In this document: positions 47,596 through 57,390 of the stretch, piece after piece | Layout: each line of letters begins with the position of its first letter | Position numbering within the stretch: the first letter of the stretch is position 1 | NCBI GenBank assembly: GCA_047602305.1 | Contig: JASGHO010000001.1 | Coordinates: 3,151,898-3,215,897 of the forward strand | Direction of reading: 5' to 3' | From: Ancrocorticia sp. | GTDB taxonomy: Bacteria > Actinomycetota > Actinomycetes > Actinomycetales > Actinomycetaceae | Length of the DNA stretch: 64,000 nucleotides | Program-made: the position numbers and the translations under genes | Notes under the pieces: model-generated | The model's database searches: none | Seen by the model: only the letters and a program-made list of their open reading frames with translations | What the model was told of the DNA's origin: nothing

Positions 47596-47670
47596 AAAGG
47601 AGTGATAGTCCGGCAAAGGAGTGACAGCGCGAACGCTGTCGTCGCTATCACTCCTTTGCCGCGCTGTCAT
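47596..47670. repeat. Palindromic GGAGTGATAG element, copy 2 (inverted)
   Basis: Reverse complement aligns with 21440-21500. Confidence 0.8.
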
Positions 47671-47820
47671 TTCTTCCCGTGTGTCGGGCAGCCCATCTTT
47701 CCGTGTGCCTGGCAGTCCAAGACGGTTGCCGGACATGTGTTTCTTCATCTTTTGTTCCCTAAGTGGGCATGAGAGCGAGCACTGTGCCGTATGCGGCACG
47801 GATATCGCTGTGAAGCCCAG

Positions 47821-48528
47821 TTAGGGCGACGGCGCCACCTGCTCCAGTTCGTCGACGCTTCCGGCCATGATGGTCCGAACGTGCGTGGTGATGAGATCAA
47901 GCGGCCAGTCCCACCAGGCGAGGGCGAGCAGGCGGGCGATGTCGCTATCGTTGAAACGCTGACGGATAACTCGCGCGGGATTTCCACCGACAACGGCGTA
48001 GTCCGGGACGTCATCGACTACAACGGATCCCGACGCGATGATCGCGCCGTGGCCGATACGGACGCCGGGCATGATGGTGGCGCGGTAGCCGGTCCAGACG
48101 TCGTTGCCCACAACTGTGTCCCCGCGGCCGGGAAGGCCGGTGATGAGGTCGAAGCTGCTGGACCACGCGCCGCCCATGATGGGGAACGGGAAGGTGGATG
48201 GGCCGTCCATGCGGTGATTCGCACCGTTCATGATGGAGCGAATGCCTTCGCCGAACGCGCAGAACTTACCGATGATGAGCTTTTCCGGGCCGTAATGGTA
48301 GAGCACGTTGCGGGTTTCGAAGGCGGTGGGAGCGGTGGCGTCGTCGTAGTAGGAGAAGTCGCCCACTTCGATGAGCGGAGACGTGACCAGCGGCTTGAGG
48401 AGCACGACCCGGGGCTGTCCGGGGATCGGATGGAGGATAGTCGGATCCGGTGGAAGGTTCGGGTCCAACGGGGGAGCAGAGTCTGGCAAGAGAGCCGAGT
48501 CTGGTGGGAGATTCTCGTTCATGGTCAC
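47821..48528 (-). CDS. CatB/Vat-related O-acetyltransferase (hexapeptide repeat)
   Basis: '[11 protein letters not shown]', '[17 protein letters not shown]', 'ANHRMDG.STFPF', 'VGNDVW.GY.A.IMPGV.IG.GAII', 'LAWWDW'. Confidence 0.9.
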   Translation of the reverse strand: MTMNENLPPDSALLPDSAPPLDPNLPPDPTILHPIPGQPRVVLLKPLVTSPLIEVGDFSYYDDATAPTAFETRNVLYHYGPEKLIIGKFCAFGEGIRSIMNGANHRMDGPSTFPFPIMGGAWSSSFDLITGLPGRGDTVVGNDVWTGYRATIMPGVRIGHGAIIASGSVVVDDVPDYAVVGGNPARVIRQRFNDSDIARLLALAWWDWPLDLITTHVRTIMAGSVDELEQVAPSP

Positions 48529-48695
48529 CGCTTCATGTTGCTGGGATTGTTCTCGACCATAGCTGAGTAGGTGACTGCGCGGAAAGTGTTCGAGAGCTCG
48601 GGCTACTGGAACAGTGGGTTAGTGCCGGGTTTCGGGCCGTGTCGTGGTGCTGTCCCTGATACGACGTGAGGAACAGAAAATGGTAGCGTGGCGAG

Positions 48696-49265
48696 ATGGT
48701 AAATGGTGGTGTGAGAAGTACCGGGGCTGTCGTCTCTCTGGTGGTCCCTGAGATGGGTCACGCTACTGAACTCTTGGAACTCGTTAACCGAAACCAGGAG
48801 CATTTCGCGCCTGGTGAGCCGCTGCGGCCGGATTCTTATTTCACGTTGGACGCACAACGCAAGGTGATCCGAGGCTGGAAAGCGGCGCGGGAATCGAGTG
48901 ATAGTTATGCGTGGTTGATCGAGTACGAAGGGCAGATTGTCGGGAGAGCGAGCCTGAATATTGTGATTCGTGGGGCGTTCCAGTCCGCGAGCGTTGCGTA
49001 CGCGGTGGATCGGGAGGCCACGAGACGCGGTATTGCCACTGCCGCGCTGCTCCAGATGGTCGACTTCGCGTTCGCCAAACTTGATCTCCATAGGCTGCAA
49101 GGCGAGACGCTCCTGACGAACCACGCCTCGCAAGCCACGCTGCAACGGTGTGGATTCGTCCGGTACGGAACTGCGCCGGACTATCTTTTCATCCAGGGAC
49201 GGTGGCGCGATCACGTCCTGTTTCAGCGGCTCAATCCGAACCATTCGTCGTTGCAGAGCGGGTAA
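48696..49265 (+). CDS. RimJ/RimL-type GNAT acetyltransferase
   Basis: 'IVGR..L..VIRGAFQSA.V.Y.VD....RRGIAT', 'LHRLQ.ET...N.ASQ..L..CGF', 'WRDHVLFQ'. Confidence 0.9.
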   Translation: MVNGGVRSTGAVVSLVVPEMGHATELLELVNRNQEHFAPGEPLRPDSYFTLDAQRKVIRGWKAARESSDSYAWLIEYEGQIVGRASLNIVIRGAFQSASVAYAVDREATRRGIATAALLQMVDFAFAKLDLHRLQGETLLTNHASQATLQRCGFVRYGTAPDYLFIQGRWRDHVLFQRLNPNHSSLQSG

Positions 49266-49305
49266 CAGATTGCAGGTTGGCGACGGCTTGAGGGCAAGGG
49301 GGATG

Positions 49306-49336
49306 TAACGTCTAGCGTTATTAACGGAAGGCGTTA
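49306..49336 (+). promoter_or_regulatory. Two TAACG-N5-CGTTA operators and a TATAGT -10
   Basis: TAACGTCTAGCGTTA and TAACGGAAGGCGTTA directly upstream of higA. Confidence 0.7.
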
Positions 49337-49348
49337 TAGTCTGGATGG

Positions 49349-49645
49349 ATGATTAACAAGATAGATCCAATACATCCGGGCGAGATCTTGATGGAAGATT
49401 TCATCAAAGGATTTGGTATCACGCAGAACAAACTCGCTGTGTCGATTGGGGTTCCGCCTCGCCGAATCAATGAGATCGTGCATGGCAAGCGCGGAATCTC
49501 GGCAGACACAGCAATTCGACTAGCGCGATACTTCGGAACGTCCGAAGAATTTTGGATGAACTTGCAGTCGTACTACGAATTGAGGGTTCAACGGCAAGCT
49601 TTGAAAGAACAGATCAAAGCGATCGAGCCTTTAGCTGCTGCGTGA
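49349..49645 (+). CDS. higA: HigA family antitoxin (orphan)
   Basis: 'PIHPGEIL.EDF....ITQ.KLA..IGVP.RRINEIV.GKRGISADTA.RLARYFGTS.EFWMNLQ'. Confidence 0.95.
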   Translation: MINKIDPIHPGEILMEDFIKGFGITQNKLAVSIGVPPRRINEIVHGKRGISADTAIRLARYFGTSEEFWMNLQSYYELRVQRQALKEQIKAIEPLAAA

Positions 49646-49686
49646 ATTTTATGGCTGGGTGGCCTGTAGTGGAGTGTTTGCTGGGA

Positions 49687-50628
49687 TTACCTTCCGAACA
49701 TCAGGTGCTGGGGCTTGGGAATCGGGAGGTCCCACTCAACTGCGTTCCACGGAGAGCTCGGATCTGAGGTGAGAAGATTCTGGGCGTGGAGGTCGTGTCG
49801 CATGCGCTCGGCTGCCTCCGCGCCATTGTCTGCTGTCCAGTACCAGCGGCCACGAAGAAAATTGAGACCCATGTCGGTCCACGAGGGATAACGTTCCTGG
49901 AGCAGCTTCGATGCGACGAGCGCGGTATCCACGGCTTCTTCCTCACGGAGAAGACCTGCCGCCACTCCCGCCCGGCACAACATAATGGCGCGCACGAGAT
50001 CCCACGCGAGGAAATCGATGCTCGTGGCGTCGTTCGTGTTCGATTGGACCCACTGGAATCGAAGGAGGCTCGCTACCGCCTGAGGGTCAATGTTCGCCTG
50101 CGCCCTGAGAACCTCGAAGGCCACCTGCCTGTCAGAATCACCAAGCTCGGACCAGCGCCGACGTTCGCTATCGAAACTCTGACGGTTACCGGTGTAGAGC
50201 AAGAAGTAGATCTGCTCGCGAAGCTCAGCTGGCGTATGAGCGCCCCACACCGTTGCGAGCATCTCGGCTTCTACCTGCGGTTCCAGGAAGGTAAAGACGT
50301 CTACCGGGGCGGAGCGGCACAGCGCGTACGACGTGCTCGCGACCATCGGCCATGCCGCGGGATCGCCGTGCAACTGCGCCGGGCTGTTGCGCCAGTGGAT
50401 GGTGTGGTGCGCGTCGAGCTCGGCCTGTTCCTTCTTGGAAAGCTTCGTGGGAGCAAGTGCGCGGGCTTGGCCTGTGCTGTCCGCACCCGCGCCTGTGCTG
50501 CCTGCACCCGCGCCCCCGATCCCCGCACGGTCTTGCGCCGTTCGTTGCTTGTTGGCACGTATGCCAGCCCATCCGAGAACGATCAACACGACAGGGAGCG
50601 CAAACCCAAGAATTTCAACAATACTCAC
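49687..50628 (-). CDS. DUF1266-like protein with N-terminal TM anchor
   Basis: 'L...WG...P.EL..QI..L...G', 'FLAWDL.RA..L.R.G..AG....EEA', 'Y.SW......FLRGR..W'. Confidence 0.7.
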   Translation of the reverse strand: MSIVEILGFALPVVLIVLGWAGIRANKQRTAQDRAGIGGAGAGSTGAGADSTGQARALAPTKLSKKEQAELDAHHTIHWRNSPAQLHGDPAAWPMVASTSYALCRSAPVDVFTFLEPQVEAEMLATVWGAHTPAELREQIYFLLYTGNRQSFDSERRRWSELGDSDRQVAFEVLRAQANIDPQAVASLLRFQWVQSNTNDATSIDFLAWDLVRAIMLCRAGVAAGLLREEEAVDTALVASKLLQERYPSWTDMGLNFLRGRWYWTADNGAEAAERMRHDLHAQNLLTSDPSSPWNAVEWDLPIPKPQHLMFGR

Positions 50629-50733
50629 CTGTTGAGCCTACGTCAGAGTGTTCATACGAGCCACCTGTTTCGCGGGCGAATCAAGAGATCGTGCCTTCGC
50701 CACACCCCAGTTTCCACCGAGATATTTCATGGA

Positions 50734-50789
50734 TGGCGGCGAGAGCGCTCTATCCGGTCATATATCCAGATAGAGCGCTCTCGCCGCCA
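50734..50789. repeat. Long hairpin element, copy 2
   Basis: TGGCGGCGAGAGCGCTCTATC-CGGTCATATATCCA-GATAGAGCGCTCTCGCCGCCA. Confidence 0.85.
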
Positions 50790-50914
50790 CGTATGTCGTT
50801 GGATGAGGGAAGCCTGCCGTATTGGATGAGGGAAGCCTGCCGTGGTCGCGGTTCAGGCGGGCCGCTTCTCCTATAGTGGATGGTGAGAACGTGCATCAAA
50901 GGAGAAGCGCCCGC

Positions 50915-51772
50915 ATGACAACCACACCAGATTCCGCCCGCCCTGCCAGTGCCGCACCGGACAGCATCCCAGTGTCGAGCGCCCCAGCGCTCAGCGGCAA
51001 TCTCGCCCGCCCTGCTGACTCCACGGGTAAGTACCAGCACGCCGGTTTCTATAACTTACGCGAGGCTGGCGGGCTGCCCACCGCCAACGGCAGAATCCGT
51101 ACCGGCCGCCTCCTACGCTCCGATTTTCCAGCAATGATCAGCACCGACGCAGCAGCGTTCTTCCGCGAATTGCCGCTGGCTGCGGTCGTCGATCTTCGGG
51201 ACCCGGACGAAATCGACACCAACCCGAAGGCGTTCTGGGATGCCGGTTTCAGCGTTGTGGAGCGCCCGATTTTCTCGGGTTCCATCGCGTCGATGACTAC
51301 CGGGGTGCCAGCCGTTGAGGAGCTCTACCTCACCATGTTGGAGCGCTTCCCGGTCCAGCTCGCGGCGGCCGTCGGCGACATCGCGGACTCGGTGGAAAGC
51401 GGCGCGGTCCTCGTCCACTGCACGGCGGGCAAGGATCGCACGGGCATGGTCATCGCGCTCATCCAGTCACTGCTCGGCGTCCGCGACGACGACGTCATCA
51501 CCACCTACGCCCGTACACAGGCCAACCTCTCCGGCGAGTGGCTGGTGGGGATGTATCGAAAGCTCCGGCACCTCGCGGCGAACGATCCCAGGTTCGCCAA
51601 CCTCGACGAGCGCGATCTTGACCCGCTCCTTGTTGGGTCCCCGCCGGAGGCGATGCGCTCGGCCCTTGACTGGATTGACCGCACTAGCGGCTCTGCGGAA
51701 ACCTTCCTCCGCGACAACGGCTTGGAAGCTGATCAGGTGGGCGCCCTGCGCGAGGTGCTGCTTGAACGCTAG
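50915..51772 (+). CDS. Protein-tyrosine phosphatase (Y_phosphatase3 type)
   Basis: 'NLREAGG', 'VVDLR...E', 'VHCTAGKDRTG' CX5R motif; RBS AAAGGAG. Confidence 0.92.
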   Translation: MTTTPDSARPASAAPDSIPVSSAPALSGNLARPADSTGKYQHAGFYNLREAGGLPTANGRIRTGRLLRSDFPAMISTDAAAFFRELPLAAVVDLRDPDEIDTNPKAFWDAGFSVVERPIFSGSIASMTTGVPAVEELYLTMLERFPVQLAAAVGDIADSVESGAVLVHCTAGKDRTGMVIALIQSLLGVRDDDVITTYARTQANLSGEWLVGMYRKLRHLAANDPRFANLDERDLDPLLVGSPPEAMRSALDWIDRTSGSAETFLRDNGLEADQVGALREVLLER

Positions 51773-51841
51773 GGGGCTTGAACGCTAGGGGGCTTGAACG
51801 CCAGGGGTGACTGATCCGTTGCCCCTCGGCCGGACACCCTC

Positions 51842-51913
51842 AAAATCTATCTCCGTAATCCCGCACCCTGTGTACCCATGACACACGAGATGCGGGATTA
51901 CGGAGATGTTTTT
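51842..51913. repeat. ATCTCCG hairpin element, copy 2
   Basis: 17-bp perfect arms ATCTCCGTAATCCCGCA / TGCGGGATTACGGAGAT. Confidence 0.75.
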
Positions 51914-51953
51914 CAGGACACCCCGATCCGGCTCAAGAAATTCGCGGAGCCAG

Positions 51954-53012
51954 CTACAGCAACGCCTCCGCGAGCAGCTGCAACGTGCGCTCGCGCTGCA
52001 CCCCGCGATCCAGCGCATCGCCTGCATAAGCACCGGCGACCGGGCTGACCATCACCTCGTCGGCGCCGAGCCGCTTGGCAAGACCAACAAGCCCTTCGGC
52101 CACCTTCTCCGGCGTGCCAACAAACATCGAATCCGGGTTTGCCGCCGGAACCATCAGCTCGCGGGCCGTCCACGCGTAGTCTTCCATCTCCTCCACGGTG
52201 CGCTGCGGCACGATCTGTCCGCCGCTGCGCAGCCGCGCCGTGGTGAGCTTCTGCGGCAGCGCCAGCTTGCGCGCTTCTTCCTCGGTTTCAGCGACGACGG
52301 CGTTGACCGGCACCAGCGTCTTCGGCTCCGGGAATTGCTCGGAGGGCTGGTAGTTGTCGCGGTAAATCTTGAGTGTCTGATCGATGCCCGGCATCCCGAA
52401 GTGGTTGGCGAACACGTAGGGGAGTCCCAGCATTCCGGCGGCTTCGGCCGAGTACGCGGAGGATCCGAGCAGCCACATCTCTGGCACCGTGGTCATGGCC
52501 GGAGTGGCACGCAGCTCGAAGAGCCGCTGCCCAATCTCCACCGGAAGCTTCTCACCGAGCGGGTTCTCTCCGAGGCCAAGGAGCTCCCGCACCAGGGTGA
52601 CGTCGCGAATGTAGTTCTGGACGCCGTCGCCGGGGAGGGCCTGCCGCAGCACGGCTGCTGTCAGCTGGTCGGAACCGGGCGCGCGGCCCAGCCCCAGATC
52701 GACGCGTCCCGGCAGCATCTCGGAGAGCAGCGCAAACTGCTCGGCCACCGCAAAGGGCGCGTGGTTGGCGAGCATGACGCCACCGGAACCGAAACGAATC
52801 CGCTCCGTTCCCTGCGAAAGGAAGGGAATCAACACCGCAGGAACCGTCGAAACAATCGCGTCCATGTTGTGATGCTCGGCCACCCAGTAGCGCGTGTATC
52901 CGAGCCGGTCAGCCTCGCGCGCCAGCGCCTGGCTGGCAACGAGTGCGTCGCGGCTGCTCTGGCCACGACGCAGGGGAATCAAATCAAGGACGCTCAGCAA
53001 CAGATCACTCAT
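51954..53012 (-). CDS. LLM class flavin-dependent oxidoreductase
   Basis: 'LSVLDL.P', 'GYTRYWVAEHHN', 'GSGGVML.NHAP..VAEQF', 'DLGLGRAPG.D', 'WLLGSS'. Confidence 0.93.
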   Translation of the reverse strand: MSDLLLSVLDLIPLRRGQSSRDALVASQALAREADRLGYTRYWVAEHHNMDAIVSTVPAVLIPFLSQGTERIRFGSGGVMLANHAPFAVAEQFALLSEMLPGRVDLGLGRAPGSDQLTAAVLRQALPGDGVQNYIRDVTLVRELLGLGENPLGEKLPVEIGQRLFELRATPAMTTVPEMWLLGSSAYSAEAAGMLGLPYVFANHFGMPGIDQTLKIYRDNYQPSEQFPEPKTLVPVNAVVAETEEEARKLALPQKLTTARLRSGGQIVPQRTVEEMEDYAWTARELMVPAANPDSMFVGTPEKVAEGLVGLAKRLGADEVMVSPVAGAYAGDALDRGVQRERTLQLLAEALL

Positions 53013-53122
53013 GCACTCACGCTATCGCTGAGGAGCAAACTCGGCCAGTAAAAAACCGGGCGCTCGGCTATGGGCGGAGCGACGCCGTCGTCGTCGAAGA
53101 AGTGGATGTCGAACCCGCCAGC

Positions 53123-53539
53123 TCACCCCATCCGGACGAAAACCCTGATGGGGTAGCTGAGGTCGCGGACTTCGATGAAGCCCATCGCCTTGTAGAAGGC
53201 GCGCTGGGCGGGTTCGCCGTCGGTCATGAGGACTTTTTGGCGGACGTCGGCGAATGGCTCGAGTACTCGGGTGAAGAGTTCGCGGCCGATACCGCGGCGC
53301 CGGTGAGTGGGTGCGACGAGGATGTCCTGCACGTACGCGATCGTCAGCCCGTCACCGACGACGCGGGCGAGCCCCACCACCTCACCGCCGTCCCGGGCGA
53401 CGACGACGGCGAGTGACGCCCGAACCGCCGCCGCCAGCCGAGCCGGATCTTTGCTGTAGGCGGTCCACCCAACCGAGTTGTAGAGCGCGACCAGTTCCTT
53501 CTCGGGAGGAATGTCTGCGGCGGAGTATGTCATGGCCAT
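53123..53539 (-). CDS. GNAT family N-acetyltransferase
   Basis: 'LY.SVGW', 'VGLARVVGDG..IAY.QDILV.P..RRRGIG'. Confidence 0.92.
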   Translation of the reverse strand: MAMTYSAADIPPEKELVALYNSVGWTAYSKDPARLAAAVRASLAVVVARDGGEVVGLARVVGDGLTIAYVQDILVAPTHRRRGIGRELFTRVLEPFADVRQKVLMTDGEPAQRAFYKAMGFIEVRDLSYPIRVFVRMG

Positions 53540-53705
53540 GGGTTAAGCCTATGTGTGGGGAATCCCGTGTGGAGAATATCGGCAGCATCCATCGCATAGA
53601 CTTGTCCACGTGTTAGCGGTGGCGCGGCGAAACTGCGCGAGGCGCTGGCACCCGGTACTCAAAGAATCTCACGTAAGGCGCAAGGTGGGCACGAACGCAT
53701 CATGG

Positions 53706-54386
53706 ATGTCCTCTCCTGACGACATTCAGGGCCGAAACGCGGTGGAGGCCATCTTTGAGGACATCCGCCACGCGATCGAGCGGGGCGATGTGGAGCTGGG
53801 GCAGCGCCTGCCGGGGGAGAATGCGCTCGCGGCGCATTATGGGGTGAGTCGGCCGGTGGTGCGGGAGGCGTTGCGTTGCGCGGCGACACTCGGATTGACG
53901 ACGACGAAGAACGGCTCCGGAACGTATGTGCGTGCGCGGAGTCCCCGTCCCGAGTTGAATTTTGGGGATTTTTCTACGCGTGATCTGATGGAAGCGCGTC
54001 CGTTTATTGAGCCGCCGGCGAGTGCGTGGGCGGCTATTCGCAGGTCAGAGTCCCAGATGGAGAGCATTCTTAGCCTCTGTGAGCGGATGGAATCCGAGTA
54101 TGACCCGGAGAAGTGGGTTCAGCTTGACTCGGAATTCCATGTGTTGATTTCGGTGGCGTCGGGGAATCGTGTGTTTTCCAGCATTATCAATGATGCGCGG
54201 GAGGCGCTGGAGAAGCAGTCGCAGATTGTTAATCTGGTAGCTCATGGGCGGGAGGACTCCAATGTGGAGCATCGGCGGGTTGCCGAGGCGATTGACCGCC
54301 AGGATTCTGATGCGGCGCGGCTTGCGATGCGTGCGCATTTGCTGCGTGTCGAAGGTGTCATGCGGCCGATGATCTTTGAGGGATAG
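53706..54386 (+). CDS. GntR/FadR family regulator
   Basis: 'G.RLPGE..LA..YGVSRPVVREAL......GL....NGSGTYV'; FCD domain 'DSEFH..I..ASGN'. Confidence 0.93.
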   Translation: MSSPDDIQGRNAVEAIFEDIRHAIERGDVELGQRLPGENALAAHYGVSRPVVREALRCAATLGLTTTKNGSGTYVRARSPRPELNFGDFSTRDLMEARPFIEPPASAWAAIRRSESQMESILSLCERMESEYDPEKWVQLDSEFHVLISVASGNRVFSSIINDAREALEKQSQIVNLVAHGREDSNVEHRRVAEAIDRQDSDAARLAMRAHLLRVEGVMRPMIFEG

Positions 54387-54449
54387 CGCAGGCTGGGATA
54401 GCGCCGACTTTTCGGGGAAAATCCTTGGTTAGCTGCGCCTAGCGAATAT

Positions 54450-54553
54450 CTGTCAGACAGGTTTGCTTCGCTCTGATTGATATAAATTGCTTAAATTACA
54501 TCGGTAATTCCGTATTTCTTTGCGCCATGATTTGCTAACCTGTCTTACAGGTT
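54450..54553. promoter_or_regulatory. Two FadR-type palindromes upstream of the asparagine permease
   Basis: CTGTCAGACAG (54450-54460) and AACCTGT-CTT-ACAGGTT (54537-54553). Confidence 0.6.
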
Positions 54554-54661
54554 GCTTGAGAGGGTGACCGTCTTCCATCGTCAGCGTGGAGGAACAGGAC
54601 ATTGAGCTCCGCCCACAAAGTGGTGGTCGTGATGCCTCAATCTGACGGATAGGTAACGGCT

Positions 54662-56143
54662 ATGGCAGCAGACACGACTGAAAGCGGGGAGCCCCACGGC
54701 GCTCCCCGCGACGTTCTCAAGAATGAGGACGAGGGCTACCACAAGGTCCTCTCCTCGCGACAAATCCAGATGATCGCCATCGGTGGATCGATCGGCACGG
54801 GCCTCTTCATGGGTGCCGGTGGGCGCCTTGCGATGGGTGGACCGGCGCTCGCCTTCATTTACGCACTGTGCGGCTTCTTCGCCTTCCTGGTGATCCGCGC
54901 GCTCGGCGAGCTCGTCATGCACCGCCCCTCCTCCGGCTCCTTCGTCTCCTACTCGCGCGAGTTTTACGGCGAGAGGATGGCGTTCACGGCAGGCTGGCTT
55001 TACTGGCTGAATTGGGCGACGACGTCGATCGCGGACGTCACCGCAGCCGCCCTCTACATGAACTTCTTCAAGAACTATGTTGAATGGCTGCAGCCGGTGC
55101 CGCAGTGGGTGTTTGCGCTGGGCACACTGGTGATTGTGCTTGCACTCAATCTGGTATCGGTCAAGGTGTTTGGTGAGCTGGAGTTCTGGTTGGCCCTCAT
55201 CAAGGTGGCCGCGATTGTCACCTTCCTTCTGGTGGGTATTTACTTTGTTCTCTTCCGTGTGCCGATCGAAGGAACCGTTCCCGGTTTCCATCTCATCAGT
55301 GAGAATGGTGGCTTCTTCCCGAATGGCTTGGCCGCATCCTTCGTTATCATCCAGGGTGTCGTATTCGGATTTGGCGGTATTGAGCTGGTGGGAACTGCCG
55401 CTGGTGAAGCTGACGATGCCAAGACGGTGATGCCGAAGGCCATCCGCACGGTGATCTTCCGCCTCGTCTTCTTCTACGTGGGTTCGGTACTGCTGTTTGC
55501 GCTGCTTCTTCCCTATACCGCGTACCAGACCGGCGAGAGCCCGTTCGTCACCTTCTTCGGCAAGATTGGCGTGGATGGGGCGGACCTCATCATGAACATG
55601 GTGGTGCTCACTGCGGTGATCTCCTCCCTCAACTCGGGGCTCTACTCCACCGGCCGCATCCTGCACTCGATGGCTATTGCTGGCTCGGCGCCGCGCTTTG
55701 CAGCCCGCATGAACCGGGCCGGTGTTCCTTACGGCGGAATCGTTATCACCGCCGTGGTCACCGTGTTTGGCGTGGTTCTCAACGCTTTTGTTCCATCGCA
55801 GGCCTTCGAAATCGGTCTGAACCTCTCGGCGCTCGGCATCGTCAGCGCGTGGGCGATCATCATGCTGTGCCAGCTCCGTCTGTACAAGTGGTCGAAGGAA
55901 GGGAAGATGGAACGGCCCGAGTTCCGCATCTTCGGAGCGCCCTACACCGGGTACCTCACGCTCGTCTTCCTTGGTTTGGTTCTGGTGCTCATGGCCTTCG
56001 ACTGGCCGGTGGGAACCGGAACGATGGGCGCTCTCGTTGTGATTATTGTGCCGGCGCTTCTTATCGGCTGGCGCATGGCCAAGGTGCGGATTGCCCAGAT
56101 CATCAAGGAAGAGGGCGAGATCAAGGAGATTGATTTCTCATGA
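54662..56143 (+). CDS. ansP: L-asparagine permease (APC family)
   Basis: 'EDEGYHK.LS.RQIQMIAIGG.IGTGLFMGAG', 'GELEFW', 'SSLNSGLYSTGRIL.SM'; coupled to asparaginase. Confidence 0.88.
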   Translation: MAADTTESGEPHGAPRDVLKNEDEGYHKVLSSRQIQMIAIGGSIGTGLFMGAGGRLAMGGPALAFIYALCGFFAFLVIRALGELVMHRPSSGSFVSYSREFYGERMAFTAGWLYWLNWATTSIADVTAAALYMNFFKNYVEWLQPVPQWVFALGTLVIVLALNLVSVKVFGELEFWLALIKVAAIVTFLLVGIYFVLFRVPIEGTVPGFHLISENGGFFPNGLAASFVIIQGVVFGFGGIELVGTAAGEADDAKTVMPKAIRTVIFRLVFFYVGSVLLFALLLPYTAYQTGESPFVTFFGKIGVDGADLIMNMVVLTAVISSLNSGLYSTGRILHSMAIAGSAPRFAARMNRAGVPYGGIVITAVVTVFGVVLNAFVPSQAFEIGLNLSALGIVSAWAIIMLCQLRLYKWSKEGKMERPEFRIFGAPYTGYLTLVFLGLVLVLMAFDWPVGTGTMGALVVIIVPALLIGWRMAKVRIAQIIKEEGEIKEIDFS

Positions 56144-57063
56144 TCGCCGTCATCACCACGGGCGGAACCATCGCGAGCCGCAAGACCGAAGGCGTTGCCG
56201 AGCCGGTTCTGGACGGCGGGGATCTCCTTGAGGGTGTAGCTCATCTGGCTCAATTCCGGGTGCGTAACCTCATGATGAAGGACTCGGCCACCTTGCGGCT
56301 GGCGGATATGCAGGCGATCAGCGATGCAATCAAGGAAGAGTTCCGCACCCCGGACATCCGCGGAGTGATCGTTTTGCACGGAACTGATTCGATGGAGGAG
56401 ACGTCATTCCTCGTTGAACTACAGCAGAGGGATCTTCGCCCCGTTGTGTTCACGGGCGCCCAGTTCACTGCGGATCACGAACGATCGGATGGCCCCGCGA
56501 ACATTCAGCTCGCCGTGCGCACGGTGCTCGACTGGTCGCCGGAGGACGATTCCAACGCCACGGGAGGGAATGTGCGCGTGGTGTTCGGCGATTCGGTGTT
56601 CGTGCCGCGGGGACTGTACAAGGCGAGCACGGACAGCGAATATGCGTTCGCCCAGTTCAATCCCGGTGGGCCCATGACTCGGCTGCCTGATTCGGATGTT
56701 TCCGGAATCCGCGTGGATGTCGTTGCAGTTCCTCCGGGTTCCGACTCGGTGCACATTGACGCCAGTATTGCCGCGGGCGCGCGGGGTATTGTCCTGGCCT
56801 GTCCGGGTTCGGGCAACAGTACGCCCGAGGTGGTGGATGCGGTACGTGGGCACGTGAGCAACGGGATCGCCGTGATTGTCACCAGCCGCGTACCCCAAGG
56901 GCTCCTCAGTCCCATCTATGGCGGCGGCGGGGGAGGGCATGACCTCGTTGAGGCCGGTGCCATCTACTCCCATTTCCTGCGTTCATCGCAGGCACGCATC
57001 TTGCTTGCCGCGTTGCTGGCATCGGATGCTGATCGAGAAGAGATCCGGCGCGCCTTTGGGTGA
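56140..57063 (+). CDS. L-asparaginase
   Basis: 'TTGGTIAS', 'HGTDSMEET', 'VVFTGAQ...D....DGP.N', 'GSGN'. Confidence 0.92.
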   Translation: MIAVITTGGTIASRKTEGVAEPVLDGGDLLEGVAHLAQFRVRNLMMKDSATLRLADMQAISDAIKEEFRTPDIRGVIVLHGTDSMEETSFLVELQQRDLRPVVFTGAQFTADHERSDGPANIQLAVRTVLDWSPEDDSNATGGNVRVVFGDSVFVPRGLYKASTDSEYAFAQFNPGGPMTRLPDSDVSGIRVDVVAVPPGSDSVHIDASIAAGARGIVLACPGSGNSTPEVVDAVRGHVSNGIAVIVTSRVPQGLLSPIYGGGGGGHDLVEAGAIYSHFLRSSQARILLAALLASDADREEIRRAFG

Positions 57064-57390
57064 GTGACACGTGTGAGTGGCGTGGATAAGTGAACGAATG
57101 CCGGTTGACAGCTGACGGTTGCTGATTGTCGGTTGCGGGCCGGGTAGTTGGTGGTTGAAAACCACCGGCTACCCGGTCCGTTGCTGTGCGACCATGGCGG
57201 CCGGTGCCAATACCGCAACAATTTCCATTACCGTGGCCGGTGTCAGTGCTGTTCCTAGCCTCAGCCCCGTACCCGCTCCAAGGTGGGCCCGATATACTCG
57301 GCGGCAGGGCGTCGTCGTCGGCGCGGTGACGAAATGTCGCAAACTACAGGAGCTGGCCACGGCCGGCCCAACCGGATGATCGGGGAAAAT

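Noticed and set aside
51906-53051. 381-aa plus-strand ORF
   Set aside because: Fully antisense to a clear LLM oxidoreductase; no motifs. The same applies to most other overlapping ORFs in the track (e.g. 54581-55666, 57169-58236, 23354-24454).
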